In this document: piece by piece, positions 1 through 13,219 of the stretch
Layout of the letters: each line of letters opens with the position of its first letter
Numbering within the stretch: the stretch's first letter is position 1
Assembly (NCBI RefSeq): GCF_006345805.1
Contig: NC_043001.1
Coordinates: forward strand, 49,290,001-49,354,000
Direction: 5' to 3'
DNA: 64,000 nucleotides
Origin: Octopus sinensis
Lineage: Eukaryota
Notes under the pieces: model-generated
Seen by the model: only the letters and a program-made list of their open reading frames with translations
The model's database searches: none
Told to the model about the DNA's origin: nothing
Made by a program: the position numbers and the translations under genes

Positions 1-62
<62 letters not shown>
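1..62. repeat. (TGTC)n/(TATC)n compound microsatellite
   Basis: Direct reading. Confidence 0.95.
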
Positions 63-64
<2 letters not shown>

Positions 65-110
65 GAAGATTGAGTGTGTACGTGCTTGTGTGAACACGTA
101 AGAAAACAGC

Positions 111-1624
111 ACCATGACGCAATTCAATCTGCCAGAAATTTGGAAACTACAGGATATACTGTTTGGCATTCACACCGGAAGCTCCAATATGAACATTTCA
201 GAGGGTTTGGGTGTCAATCTGAGGACAGTGCATGGGATTCGGAAAGAGTTGGATGAATCTAATGGTGATTACGAAGGTACGGCAGCTCGGAAAACTCACT
301 CTGATCGTTCTGATAAGAAAATAACACCTGGATTTGTTGGTGAGATCCAGGCCATGATTAACAACGATCCCTCCAAGTCAATCAGGTCCATCGCCAGAGA
401 CATGGGAGTGTCTGAGTTTCTTATCAGGCAGGTAGTGCATGAAGACATTTGGTATTCCTTATGCAAGATGAGAAGGGGCCAAACCATCAAGTACAAGAAG
501 TAAGACTGCGCTACGAATCTTTTGAACAAACTCAAGCATCCACTCCAACCGAACATGCTTTGGTTCTTCTGAGCTGAGAAAAATTTCTGCCAGGATCAGA
601 TGGTGAACACACAGAACAACCATTGGCTTGCTGTGTCCCTAAAACATGTATCGAGAGTAATAAAAATCAACATCATGGTCCTTGGAGTAATCACTAGTGA
701 TAACGACGTTGTGCCTCCATTCATCTTCCCACACGGCCTCAGACTCAACATGGAGGTCTACATCAAGTGCCTGGAGGAGGTAGTAATGCTCTAGCTCAAT
801 AGGGTGGCTGCTGGAAGACTCTGTATCAAGTAACAGGAATCTGCGCCATGCCACACACGCAGGAGAAACCAGTCATGGCTGTCAGACAATTTCTGCGACC
901 ACATCACCCCTTAATCTGGCCACCTAACTCCCCAGACTGCAGCCCCCTTGATTATTATGTGTGAGGCTCAGTTGTGCGAGAGACCCCAAAACTCCTTGTA
1001 ACACCAAAGATGAACTGAAGGCAAGGATTATGGCAGCATTCACCAACTTAAACAAAGAGATCATCCAGAAGAGTTGCAAAAGATTCCGAAGTCGTCTGGA
1101 GGCCGTGGTTGAAGCCAATGGCGATTTTATTGAATAAATTTACTCCTTAGTATGAATTTCAAGATACTTTTATGTAATTTTGGTAAATATATCTGTTAAA
1201 ATGAGATGTTAGTGTTAGTTTCCTTTTTGCGTAATTTAGACCAGTGCTACTCAAAGTGGTGATCCTCGGACCGGTGCAGGTCCGCGAGCCATCATCTGCC
1301 GATACGCAGCGCGTTTCCAGAAAAGAAAGAAACAATAGCATAATTTTAGTGATTTCGCTTTATACACTGCAGTAAATAACTTATCAGCTTATGTAATATT
1401 GTATTATTTGTTTACAAAATAAATATAAAATTAAAAAAATGTCAACTTTTATTATATTCATTGTATATATTGTTTTCGGTATAATATATTGTTTTCGGTA
1501 TAAATAAATATTACTAAGAAATATTGCCGGTCTCTAACACATTGGGAAAATAAATGCGGGTACGCCACATGAGATAGTTTGAGAAGCACTGATTTAGACG
1601 ACAGTTTATTCACTGCACCCTATA
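111..1624 (+). mobile_element. Tc1/mariner superfamily, maT (DD37D)-type transposon remnant, interrupted by a hAT MITE
   Basis: HTH-like ORF 114-503 (SIRSIARDMGVSEFLIRQVVHEDI). Broken catalytic domain WFF*AEKNF / QESAPCH / WPPNSPDCSPLDYY, with 37 residues between the 2nd and 3rd acidic positions after one frameshift fix. Ends RLEAVVEANGDFIE*. Right TIR-like end ...TTCACTGCACCCTATA. Left TIR not seen. Confidence 0.85.
1242..1591. mobile_element. hAT (Charlie-like) MITE with 8-bp TSD
   Basis: TIRs CAGTGCTACTCAAA / TTTGAGAAGCACTG; perfect TSD ATTTAGAC at 1234-1241 and 1592-1599. Confidence 0.9.
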
Positions 1625-1625
1625 C

Positions 1626-2540
1626 ATATGAATCTCTCTTTGCCTTGCCCCGATTCGTGGCTGAACAAGCCGGAAAGCATGCTCTTTCGCTTTTTGTGGA
1701 GGGGCAGCAGACCTCTTGTAAGGCGCTCTATTTGCTACCAAAAGCCGCTGAAGGGTGGGTTAGGGATGCCGTGGCTAAAAATGCGCAGACATGCGCTCAG
1801 GCTTAGGCACCTCTGGCTTTACCTGGACGGTGAGCAAATGTGGTCTCCGTTCGTCAGGCTGTTATTTCCACAGTTTACATCGTTTACCAAACTGAACCCA
1901 TGGATCAAATGTAGACCGAAAATCAACTGGCCAGCTTGTTCCAAAGAACATTCGGTCCGGGGCCTATGGATAATTACCAAAAGTACCTGGCCTGGCAATG
2001 TTACAGAGGAGCTTTACCGGTTCGAGATAAGCTCTTTAGACATGGGTGTGCACCATCGCCGGTTTGTGCGACAGTTAAACTGTCCTGCACGCGATTGTGC
2101 AATGCACCAAGGTGACTGAACTCTGGGCTTATGTTGAACACCTGCTGTCGCATTCGAGAAGAGTACAACTGTCGAGCGAATCTCTAATTAAGATCGTTCC
2201 GCCGACCTCCCTGAATAGGGAAGAGCGAGCCTGTTTTCTCTCAGTAGTTGCTGTGGCGAAAGAAGTAGTATGGAAGACGAGAGTGAAATGAATTGCAACA
2301 GGCATGTTCATCTCCAGTCTCGAGCTAATCGACTTTTTCGTTTTCCACATGAAACGGAAAATAAGGCTGGAGAAGAAATGCCTGTCGCAAAGTGTGTTTC
2401 GTAAAAGACGGAAGTATATAGCAAGTATGTTGCGAGTGAAAGAACCTGTTTAATCGAGAATGTAAAAAAGGAGAAAGCAAAGTCTTCAGTGTGAGAATGT
2501 TGCTTGTGGGGGTCAACCGCGTCCTCCGCTTCATTTTTTG
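1626..2540 (+). mobile_element. L1/Tx1-like LINE ORF2 C-terminal remnant
   Basis: FRFLWRG...RRSICYQKPLKGGLG motif, a Cys-rich segment, then MKRKIRLEKK-like tail across frameshifts. Confidence 0.75.
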
Positions 2541-2690
2541 TTAATCACTCATTCTCATTTAATTGTATATATTTTAATTGTTTGTTTATTCATACGTTTC
2601 GTTTCATTCGATACCCTGACCCCAACGTTTGTTTTGCCTGTCCCCGTATTGTCCCCTCTTTTTCTCAACCTTATGGTGAATAAAGAAATA

Positions 2691-3080
<390 letters not shown>

Positions 3081-3193
3081 TATATATATATATATATACT
3101 ATTTTACTGAACCTTCAGTTTTTTTATGCTAGACCACTGTGTGAAATCGACGTTAATAAATTAGTATCTAATTTCTCACCCTCATTTTAAATT

Positions 3194-3254
<61 letters not shown>

Positions 3255-4539
3255 ATACATATACATACATACATATATATATGCAGAAAGTACAATCGAG
3301 AGTTTCAAGTGCCAACGCACGAAACTCTCGGACTTTGAGACACTCTGTTGCTTTTGCTAAATATTAACACACATACACATACACAAACATGTTTATATCT
3401 ATATACATGCATATATATGTATATATGTATGTATATACATATGTATATATATACATGCATGCATGCATACATACATACATACATACATACATACATACAT
3501 ACATACATTTGTAGAGCGATATTCGTGTACACTCGCTAGCTTTCATCTCTATTTCTTCTGGCGATATGATTCATCTACCACTTTATCAATATCGTGTGTC
3601 TTGATAAATTAAGCTAGAAAGCAAAACCTCACATATTATGCTTAAGCACTGTCCAAAGTCGCTTAGTATTGTTTCAACAACAGATGTTCACTGTTTTCTA
3701 TTATTTCTAAGGGTTACTTGATATATATCCACACGCACTGCGTAGGTTGTTCAACATACACAGCATCAATTAAGTCCATATACCCCTGGGACTTAAAGAT
3801 CCATATATATACTGAGGTATCTGGTTATAATAGTGTTGCTATAGTATTAGTGATATCAGTTAAGCTTTCATACACGGTTGTATACACGTGCATATCATAT
3901 TTCCGAGCATATAAGCAGTGGTAGGGTCCCGTGAGAGAACTTGTGGGTTAAAGCTTGCTGCAGTAACGAAATATTCTCCTTGTATGACTACGTGGTCTTT
4001 GATATTTTTTTTTTTTAAAAAGACGACTTTTTGATTGCTTCTTCATGCCAGAAGAAAGATATCTGTTGTAACAAGGAGCATGTTTTTCATATAATTTTAC
4101 TTATGTCTAATGAGTCCTCATTACCCACAAGAATGTCATTTTTACCCTGTTTGGGGTAATTTACCCTGGTTCGCAACTCCCGACTTAAACAGTCTCTATT
4201 ACTATATGAAAAACAACAACCAATTACCCAGGCATATATACACAATCCTATAGCAACACTGCAATAATATAAAATATGTTAACTCATTCACTCAGTCTAG
4301 AAAAGTATGGGAAACACATGCACAGAGAAACAGCTGCAACATCATTACCCTCACTGGCCTCAAACACTGTGCAGGGATGCACAACACCAAAAATAAATTC
4401 AAAAGGGTAACAACCGTCGTGCTCTGGTTAAGTTCATCTTGCCACTACCATTGTGATTAACACGAGAATCAACGTCATACAGAAATAGATTAGACAATGG
4501 AAGAGTGTGCAATGATTCCAGAGTGTCGTGCTGACAACA

Positions 4540-5500
4540 TACTATTTATCACAATATTTGGAGTTGCAGTTGTATTCTTCAGAGGTTCCAGGTTGAATCA
4601 AAAGTGATTTCGGATTTTCACTGATGATTTTTGGCAACTTGTATCTCCGTGTTATATTATTAATTTGATACAATTTGTTGTTCAATCGTTGCTGAATTGT
4701 TTATTCTTTATTTTTATATGTAGCATATAAACATTAATTGTTTATCTTTGATAATGAGTGGCGAAAAAATTGCTATTAGGGCCATATGTTGCCTGTGGAA
4801 AATATGATCAAGTGCAAGGATAGCAACGAAAGAAATTAATGATGTGGAAGGCCCAGAAATTGTCAATGAATGTGTGGCACAAAACTAACTCAGAAGTTTC
4901 GGGCAAGGTCTAAGAAGCCTCGGAGAGAAACCTCAAAGATGTTGTGGATGATGAGACCTTGCCTGAAATGGCTGAACAACAGTCAAGCACAAGCACTCGT
5001 ACATTGTCACAGATCTTGGTCCATCACAAAGCACTATCAACCGACACACCCCTTAAACTCGGCCTTGTAAGAAATGCTGTTGTAAAGTTCCTCATGAGAT
5101 GACCAACGACCAAGCTCAACCGCATGTGAACATTTGCTAACAATTGCTGACGAATCCTGGGGATGAAAAATGGATTTATATTCGTAATCCTAATAAAAAG
5201 TCAGTATCTTTGTTCGACCAAACTTCAGAACCTGTTGTCAAACAATGGCGGTTTGAACAGAAGTCCATGTGCGTGTTTTGTGGATTTTCGAGATGTTGCA
5301 CTTTAAGCTTGTCCCAAATGGTTATGCTGTGAACGAGTTTACGCTCAAGAACTGCAGCCAGTATATGATGCTTTGAAAGCCTGCTGCCCGACATTTTTCA
5401 GTCGAAGACTGTAACTATATCCCAGCCGATGTTTGCTCTACATAAACTAAATATAAATCGTTTCAAACTCATCACATTAGAAGGGTCTGCAAAACCATGG
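4540..5500 (+). mobile_element. Mariner (DD34D-type) transposase remnant
   Basis: MSGEKIAIRA...ATKEINDVEG N-terminus; (T)GDEKWIY motif at ~5155-5180; many stops. Confidence 0.65.
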
Positions 5501-6019
5501 ACTCTACTCCTCTTTAATAAAGCAACGTTTACATCGTTTATTCAAGTCTGGATAAAAACTTTTCAGGATGCTCCCATTTGATATTGCCATCACCGAAGAA
5601 CTACTTAGGATCGTTGCCGCTTCAGGAGAAAGCAGTCATATCCTTAGACCGCTGTCCTGTACATAGACCTGTGAAATCCTTCAGATTAAGAACACGAGTA
5701 AATTTTCATATTATTTGTAATTTATATGAAGGTAAGACTGCTTCAAAAATACAGGCACTAAACCAGAGTATCAATTTTAATTTCAAGTGTGCCAATATAA
5801 CCTAGAACTACCCAAACAAATGCTTGGTTATTTCGGGTTTATACGATAACAGCGCCAGACTCTGGATCCGGAAAGTTATTTCTCCTTAAGGGAATTTTAG
5901 ATATAAGATATCTCACCTACTACACTAACATTGTGTAGCCATAAAGTCGGTACTTTAGTGGTAGATTCTACTCAGGGCCAAGTATATGATGGGAGAACTC
6001 AAGCCACAATAAATACAAA

Positions 6020-6170
6020 AAAGTGGCGAGCTGATAGAATCGTTAGCAAGTCGGACAAAATACTTAGCGGCATTTCTTCTGGTTCTTTAAGTTCTGTGTT
6101 CAAATTCTGCTGAGATCGACTTTGCTTTTTATCCTTTCGAGTTCGATGAATTAAATACAAGTTGAAACTG
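6020..6170 (+). mobile_element. SINE family B (tRNA-derived), degenerate
   Basis: GGCGAGCTG..AGAATCGTTAGCA...TTCAAATTCTGCTGAG.TCGACTTTGC, matching other copies in the window. Confidence 0.7.
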
Positions 6171-6887
6171 GTATCAAAATAATCGGCTTATCGCTTTAAA
6201 AAAAAATTGCTGGTTTCATGTTAAAAGTTGAAACCATTATATTCTAAACTATTTATTTTACATAAAAACATCCGATAAAAATGTCTTAATTCTGTGAATT
6301 GTTAAACTACAAATCGAAAAACTAGAGTACCGAATGCAACTCAGTTTCTTTTTAATATCAACTTTTAAGATATATATTACAAGAAAACCACTGACTCATC
6401 TTATTAATTATTTCTCTAATGTGACTGGGTACATAGGCTATCTATTGTGTTTGGGTGCAGATTGCATCGAGCAGGGTAAATTAAGGTAAAATGCTTCAAC
6501 TTGGGATTGAAACCGCATCCATTGGTTTCGACTCACCATAAACCACCATTATGCATAGCGTAATAATTGAAGCAGAGGAAATATAACATAAAAATGTAAT
6601 GAATGGAAATTAATTTAATTATTATATCCACGCATTTTACTTTAATTATAAACGAGATTAGATTAAAAACTATGTCATCAATATGGCTTTTAATACGCCA
6701 CAGGAAATTTATTTTTCACATATTTGTATAAATACATTATGCATTTGTATCTTGTGAGCAAGTATTGATATATAATAGATATTTCTCATAATTATATTTT
6801 CTTTGTTCCTCTTCTGTTTTCCTCATTTTTTTTTAAACCTGTGCAGTAAAAACAATTTCAGTACAGTTGCTTACAAGTGGAAATGCT

Positions 6888-7306
6888 GGATCTTTTCGGT
6901 TTGAACGGCAGTTTCTAACATAATTTCTAGGTAACTAAAAAATTTTAAACTTCGTATACTGGTAGAATGTGTTTATAAAACATCTTTTTCTCTTGGCTTT
7001 ATTGAGAAAATTCTACGGTTTGTAAGATATTTGTTGTTGTTTTTTCTTCAATTTCTGCAATTTCAACCAATCACTGACGTCTATTGAGGTAAAAAACATT
7101 CTTTGCCGTATGAATATGTCTCTCGTTTAAGAAACAGATTGGGTTTATTTACATTTGTAAAGAAAAAAAAGATACCCTTCCCCCCACCCCTAACCCTAAC
7201 CGTAAAACAGATTGAAATGCAATAGATCGATACTAGGGTCATAATTATGGGTGACAATTTCATATGACACCGCTGAAAAAAACTGCCGTTCAAACCGTAA
7301 AGATCC
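6888..7306. mobile_element. GGATC-ended MITE with 8-bp TSD (copy 1)
   Basis: TIR GGATCTTTTCGGTTTGAACGGCAGTTT and its complement; TSD GAAATGCT at 6880-6887 and 7307-7314; short internal CCCTAA run. Confidence 0.9.
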
Positions 7307-7687
7307 GAAATGCTAACTTCAAATTAATTGATCATTCAATCCATTTATTTTGACCACAAATCTTACATGTGTCGAAACTCAGATATATTGTGACAAATAT
7401 CTCGTGAATTTCCAAAGTGCATACAAAACCAGCATTTAGCGTGGCTAAAAGTATTCAATTTGGTTAAATAGTTGAATACCTTTCACCAACTAACAGTGAA
7501 ATGAAACAGAAAGTTGGAAATTGAGGTAGGTAAACTAGAAATATACACTTTTCTAAGTTCGAAATAGTCAATACCTGGTTATTTAACTGTTCTTATTGAA
7601 AATAAACTGTCATATTTTTAATGCTGTCACGATATTAATAGCAACATTTAAACCACAAACGTGTAAGTATGGTAAGCAAAATATCAC

Positions 7688-8545
7688 ACAAACTTACGTA
7701 ACACATCATATAGAGAGGTACTATATCTCCTAAAAGACACAAAGAAATGCAAAACATATACACATACATAGACAACACATATACATGTATACATGCATAC
7801 ACATACGCGCGAGCACGCACGTACACACGTACACACACACACACACACACCACATACACGTAATCCTTAATTAATTCGCTACAAATGATTACGATATCTG
7901 GGACAACAAAAATCTGCAAGACCTTTTTAAGATTTAAAGGCTGATGAACAAAACAAGATGTATTCTTTCAAATCATTGCTACAAAACAACAGTGGCAGAC
8001 GCCATTAGAAAAACTTATATCTATTTGCAAAGGAGCCTTCACTTTCATCGCTACCTGGTGGTTACCGCCCGTTGACGAGGGACAACCATCCCGAAACTAG
8101 TTCGAGCGTATCACTCAGGCTTGCGAGGAAGGGATGGCCTCCCTTTGCAAATACTCCAAAGACACAGATATTGTGTTTAGAGCCAGCTAGAGACGAAGAT
8201 CTCTTGGGGCTATAAAGCTACAGTAACACCCCCCTCCCCAATGTGGTTAGCCATGATAAGATGGCTTCTATACTTTACAATTTAATTTAACTCTAAATTA
8301 AAAAGAGAAAAAGACTATGCATACATACATACATGCATTCAGCGACCGCCTTGAACACACTTGAAAATTTAGATAAAACCCAAAGAAAAATCGTACATGC
8401 ACGGTTGTAGCTTGCTTCCCAACCACATGATTCCGGGTTCAGGTCCACTGCATGGTACCTTGAGCAAGTGTCTTCTACTATAGCGTCGGGCTGACCAAAA
8501 CCTAGTGGATGGATTTGGTACATGGAAACTGATAGAAGCCCGTTG

Positions 8546-8596
<51 letters not shown>

Positions 8597-8836
8597 ATAG
8601 AAATATTAAAATTACTGTTGTCCCAGATATCGTAATCATTTGTAGCGAATTAATTAAGGATTACGTGTATGTGGTGTGTGTGTGGGTGTGTGTACGTGTG
8701 TACGTGCGTGCTCGCGCGTATGTGTATGCATGTATACATGTATATGTGTTGTCTATGTATGTGTATATGTTTTGCATTTCTTTGTGTCTTTTAGGAGATA
8801 TAGTACCTCTCTATATGATGTGTTACGTAAGTTTGT
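7688..8836. repeat. Inverted duplication, ~221-bp arms (7688-7908 / 8616-8836)
   Basis: Near-identical reverse-complement arms; the ORF track gives the same peptide on opposite strands. Confidence 0.9.
8066..8108 (+). ncRNA. Minimal hammerhead ribozyme motif with C3U core change
   Basis: CGCCCG-UUGACGA-GGGA(CAACCA)UCCC-GAAA-CUAG-UU^CGAGCG: perfect stem II, palindromic stem III, 5/6-bp stem I. Confidence 0.6.
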
Positions 8837-8854
8837 ATGGCGATAACAATTAAT

Positions 8855-8919
<65 letters not shown>

Positions 8920-9180
8920 ATGTATAACGAAGAGGAGAGTGGAGATTTATGTGTGTAAGTATGTGTGTGTCTTTATGTCTATCTCTTACTACCACTTGAC
9001 AACCGGTGTTGGTGTGTTTACGTCCTCGTAACTTAGCGGCTCGGCAAAAGAATCCGATAGAGTAAGTATCAGGTTAAATAAAAGTAAAGTACTGGGGTCG
9101 ATTCATTCGTCTAAAAATCCCCCCAGGGCGGCCTCAGCATGGCTGCAGTCAAATGACTGGAACAAGTGAAAGATTTAAAG
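8395..9180 (+). mobile_element. SINE family A split by an insertion in its central microsatellite
   Basis: Head 8395-8546, tail ~8950-9180, intervening (TA)n-bounded insert. Confidence 0.75.
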
Positions 9181-9188
9181 GATAAAAG

Positions 9189-9227
9189 ACACACACACAC
9201 ACACACACACAACACACACAAACACAG

Positions 9228-9282
<55 letters not shown>

Positions 9283-9300
9283 AACACACACACACAAACA

Positions 9301-9342
<42 letters not shown>

Positions 9343-9345
9343 CAC

Positions 9346-9376
<31 letters not shown>

Positions 9377-9398
9377 AACACACACACACGCACACACA

Positions 9399-9431
<33 letters not shown>
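9189..9431. repeat. Long imperfect (CA)n
   Basis: Direct reading. Confidence 0.95.
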
Positions 9432-9433
<2 letters not shown>

Positions 9434-10869
9434 GATTTCGCCACAACTTGATTTCGAGAAATGACATCGCTTGATTGTTTTCTTAAACATGAATGTCCCG
9501 GCAGTGATTTTTCAGTCCGGTTAAAGACCTACAGTCTTTTGCTCAGAGGTGGCGACGACTAGCGCCTATGGCAGCAGGTATTCAGAGCGCTTACCATACA
9601 TTTTTGGATTTTCCATTGAGCGCTTTGCTTTTTCGGCAACAACCAGCCACAGTAAGCAACATAATAGAGATATTACTAGAAGTGTTAAAAATCAAGCTAT
9701 GCATTTCCTGAAGCTTTTTAAAGCGAGTAAAGGCTTCGACCTTACTATTTTAACTATACTTACTAGGCTGTCACCTAGTCGTAACTTTTCAGTATAAAAG
9801 ATATTGTTCTCACCACAACTAAAAACATTACACCTCTACCGACGTATATAGACGTATATAGAATTTTACGTATATCTGCGTGTGCATGTGTGTTTATGCG
9901 TGTGTGTGTGTGTGTTATGCACGCGTGTATTAGTATGTGTATTTGTGTGTGTAATAAAACTAAAAATCGAACAGAAGGGCGACAAAGGAACAAACGGAAA
10001 TTAACTTACAAGACATAGACATGCTCCATGCTCTTTCCTCGTCAGATATCGTGCAAAAATCATGACAATTTCACTCCCTTAATGTTAAATTAATATTGTT
10101 AATTTTGCTGGCGTCAATAGCAAGAAACTGCTGGGAATAATGAGTAAACGTGGAAGACGGTGATGAATACAAACACGTCATAGGCAGTTAGTACGAATAT
10201 AATATACAAACAAAATAAGACCTACCTCTCTGAGTCAGTATTAGGACAAGACGTGTATAAGTAACGCCATGGATAGTTATGACCTACAGGACACACACAC
10301 ACACACTCTCTCTCTCTCTCTCTCTCTCACTCTCTCTCATAAGACAATGATAAAAAGAAATCCAGACAATTTTTTGAAAAATAACATTTACCCCTCCCCC
10401 ACCCTTGGAGTGGCCACCTGGGTTTGTCATTTCTAAAAGCCAAGAATCACTTCCTATTGAAAGAACTGACCAGCTGCAAAGATGTCAACTCATTTTTCTT
10501 CCTTCTCTCTTCCTTCTTCATTTCCTTCTCTTTTCCATTGACACTTCTTTCAGATACAAAAGCACACACATACACGCGCGCGCGCGCACTCTCTCTCACT
10601 TTGTTCACGTTCCTCACCCTCTTGTACTATCTTATATCTCTCTCCACCCCTACGCACTCAATAATACTATAAGAAGAGACAAATTTCCCGAAAAAGTTCA
10701 ATCTGAAGACTCCACCAGAGTGGACGCAAGCGCTAAAATATGATTTATAAAAACATGTGACATATTAATAAATATCTGTAAATGTACAACCATCCAGATT
10801 TCTGAGTACCTTATTTCTTCTAATATATAATACTTGTACATCATTTCCAAACCTTCTAATATATATATA

Positions 10870-11646
10870 CTAGCAGCATAGCCCGACGTTGCCCGGGTAT
10901 GTAAGCGCCCCTAGTAGGCAACGACTAATCCCAATCTAGTCCTTTCCCTCTAGGGAACGAAGGCGCATGTGTAGGTTGCAATGTCTTCTCTTCACTCCCA
11001 AATAACTATCAAACAGCTATCGATAATTCAACCCAACCAATTCCTACCAGGAAGAAATTACATTCGAGACTTTACCCCCAACACCGCCACTTCTGCTAAT
11101 AGCTGCTGCAGCCGCAAGTTATTCGAATACATTTTTTGTTTACACTTTCTTTATAACTACCACCCCAAACGTTTTACCTTAAATTTTTGACGTTCCCTAA
11201 GGGTCCTCGGACGCTACTTGCAAACTCTTGGTTTATTATAAACCGCTTTTGTCGTGTGCACCAAAAAACCCTTTTCCATTCGTTTGTTCAGTTTGGTCAC
11301 TTTTGACTTTTTCGTTGTCACTCACATTGCTGCCCGCTTTTTTGCCGTTTTTGTACATTTTTATACATTTTGGGATACTTACCCCACGTGTTCCGAGAGT
11401 TAAAAAGGTCGAGTTGCGTCCCCTAGACAGTCTGTAGAAAATGTGTTGCATATAAAAAGCTTAGATTCTCGACCCATGTCGAATTTATCGATTATTTTCA
11501 GAACTGGGGGAACTTTTCAAAATTTTCGCTGCATTAGTTTTGAATTATGACATTGGGCTATGTGTGTGTCAAGTTTTATCAGAATCGGTTGAAAGTCGTG
11601 GTCAGGGTGAGGGTACAACCTGACAGACAAACTGCCGTTTATATAT
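10870..11646 (-). mobile_element. Non-autonomous Lep1-like Helitron, long variant
   Basis: Minus-strand 3' end hairpin + CTAG (CCCGGGCAACGTCGGGCTATGCTGCTAG); 5' region ATATAAACGGCAGTTTGTCTG shared with copies at 43574-44345. Confidence 0.8.
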
Positions 11647-11724
11647 TTGTTTTTTTGTTTGTTTTTGTTTTTCCAGTTTCAGCTCTTGAGCTGTGGCCAT
11701 GCTGGGGCACCGCCATTGTGGTGA

Positions 11725-11865
11725 AAGAGTACAGCAGGGATCACCACCCCCTGCCGGAGCCTCGTAGAGCTTTTAGGTGTTTTCGCTCAATAAACACACA
11801 CAACGCCCGGTCTGAGAATCGAAACCGCGATCCTGCGACCGCGAGTCCGCTGCCCTAACCACTAG

Positions 11866-11868
<3 letters not shown>
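11725..11868 (-). mobile_element. SINE family C (tRNA head), partial
   Basis: Reverse complement TGGCCTAGTGGTTAGGGCAGCGG...GGTTTCGATT (A/B boxes); homologous to 18885-19187 and 49152-49458. Confidence 0.8.
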
Positions 11869-11896
<28 letters not shown>

Positions 11897-11897
<1 letters not shown>

Positions 11898-12335
11898 CTC
11901 TTTTATTTGTTGCAGTCATTTGACTGCGGCTATGCTGGAGCACCGCCTTTAGTCGAAAAATTCGACCCCAAGACATATTCTTTGCAAGCCTAGTACTTAT
12001 TCTATCAGACTGTTTTGCCGAACCGCTGGGCTACTGGGTTGTAAACACACCAGCATCGGTTGTCAAGCGATGGTGGGGGACAAACACAGACGCACAGGCA
12101 AATAGACACACAGACACACATACACACACACACACACACACGTACACACGCACACACGCATATATATATATACGACGGGGTTCTTTCAGTTTCAGTCTAC
12201 CAAATCCATTTACAAGGCTTTAGTCGACCCAAGGCTTTAGTAGAAGACACTTGCCCAAGGTGCCACGCAGTGGAACTGAACTTGGAACCATGTGATTAGT
12301 AAGCAAGCTACTTACCACGCAGCCATGCCTGTACC
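11897..12335 (-). mobile_element. SINE family A, full length
   Basis: tRNA-like head, GGCACCTTGGGCAAGTGTCTT core, central microsatellite, CAGTCAAATGACTG tail. Confidence 0.85.
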
Positions 12336-12660
12336 TATGTATTTATATTTATATGTATATATATTAACATATATATATATATCATTCAACCAGTAAAGAA
12401 TGAGAAAGTTTTAAAATAAAATATTGCAGCTAAAATTAAAATTTGAATATTAAAACTTATTTTATTATAATTTATTATAATTTATAAATAATACTGTACT
12501 TCTTTAAGTAGAATTTGGCTAAGTTACTATCTTAAATACAGAACAAAGCGACTAATTAGACAAATTTACAAATCAGCTGAACAGTTTTGTGCAATAAATT
12601 ACTAGAAGTAATAGCATGTCCTATACTTTTACAGGTGTAATAACTTGTCCTGTACTTTTC

Positions 12661-12700
<40 letters not shown>

Positions 12701-12779
12701 ATTCTTGTATTCTTTTATATATGTATATGTGTTTCTTGTATTCTTTTATATAAGACTGTGGCCATACTGGAGCACCGCC

Positions 12780-13030
12780 AGTGTAATCATATTTTCAATG
12801 GCCAATCTTATGTGAATGACTTTTGAAAAAGGAGGGAGTTCTACACTGCTGCCCTCTTTTGAGTCTCCTGCCTTGATAAAAGTTCATTTGGGACCTTGGA
12901 TAGCAGAGGTCAAGTTGTTTCTTGAAAATATCTACCTCTACTGCATGAAGATCCTTCAGATGTTTTGGCAAGGAGTTAAATAGCTGTGGGCTCTTGAATC
13001 TCATGCTATTGCAATATATGTTCCTCATTC
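12780..13030 (-). mobile_element. CR1/L2-group LINE 3' remnant
   Basis: NSMRFKSPQLFNSLPKHLKDL..VDIFKKQLD C-terminal motif. Confidence 0.65.
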
Positions 13031-13219
13031 CAGTCGGGATCGCTGGTGCAACGGGATTCTTTCAGTTTCCGGCTACTAAATCAGCTTCCAATACTATTGC
13101 AGACAACACCTACCCAAAATACGAACCGCGCAGTAGGATCGAAACGAAGACCACATGGTTAGGAAGCAAGGTTCTTTTACCACACTGACACAAAACAAAA
13201 AGAAAGGGGGATGTATTTT

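Noticed and set aside
5142-5180. CUGACGA-AUCC(UGG)GGAU-GAAA hammerhead-like string
   Set aside because: It lies in the mariner GDEKW coding motif and has no stem I; most likely coincidence.
5567-5697. Possible plus-strand exon (TTTTCAG acceptor, open frame CSHLILPSPKNY...)
   Set aside because: Weak donor, unrecognised peptide and adjacent to mariner debris; insufficient support.
9111-9490. Long VC/HT/YI/MYVC ORFs here and throughout the ORF track
   Set aside because: Translations of microsatellites.
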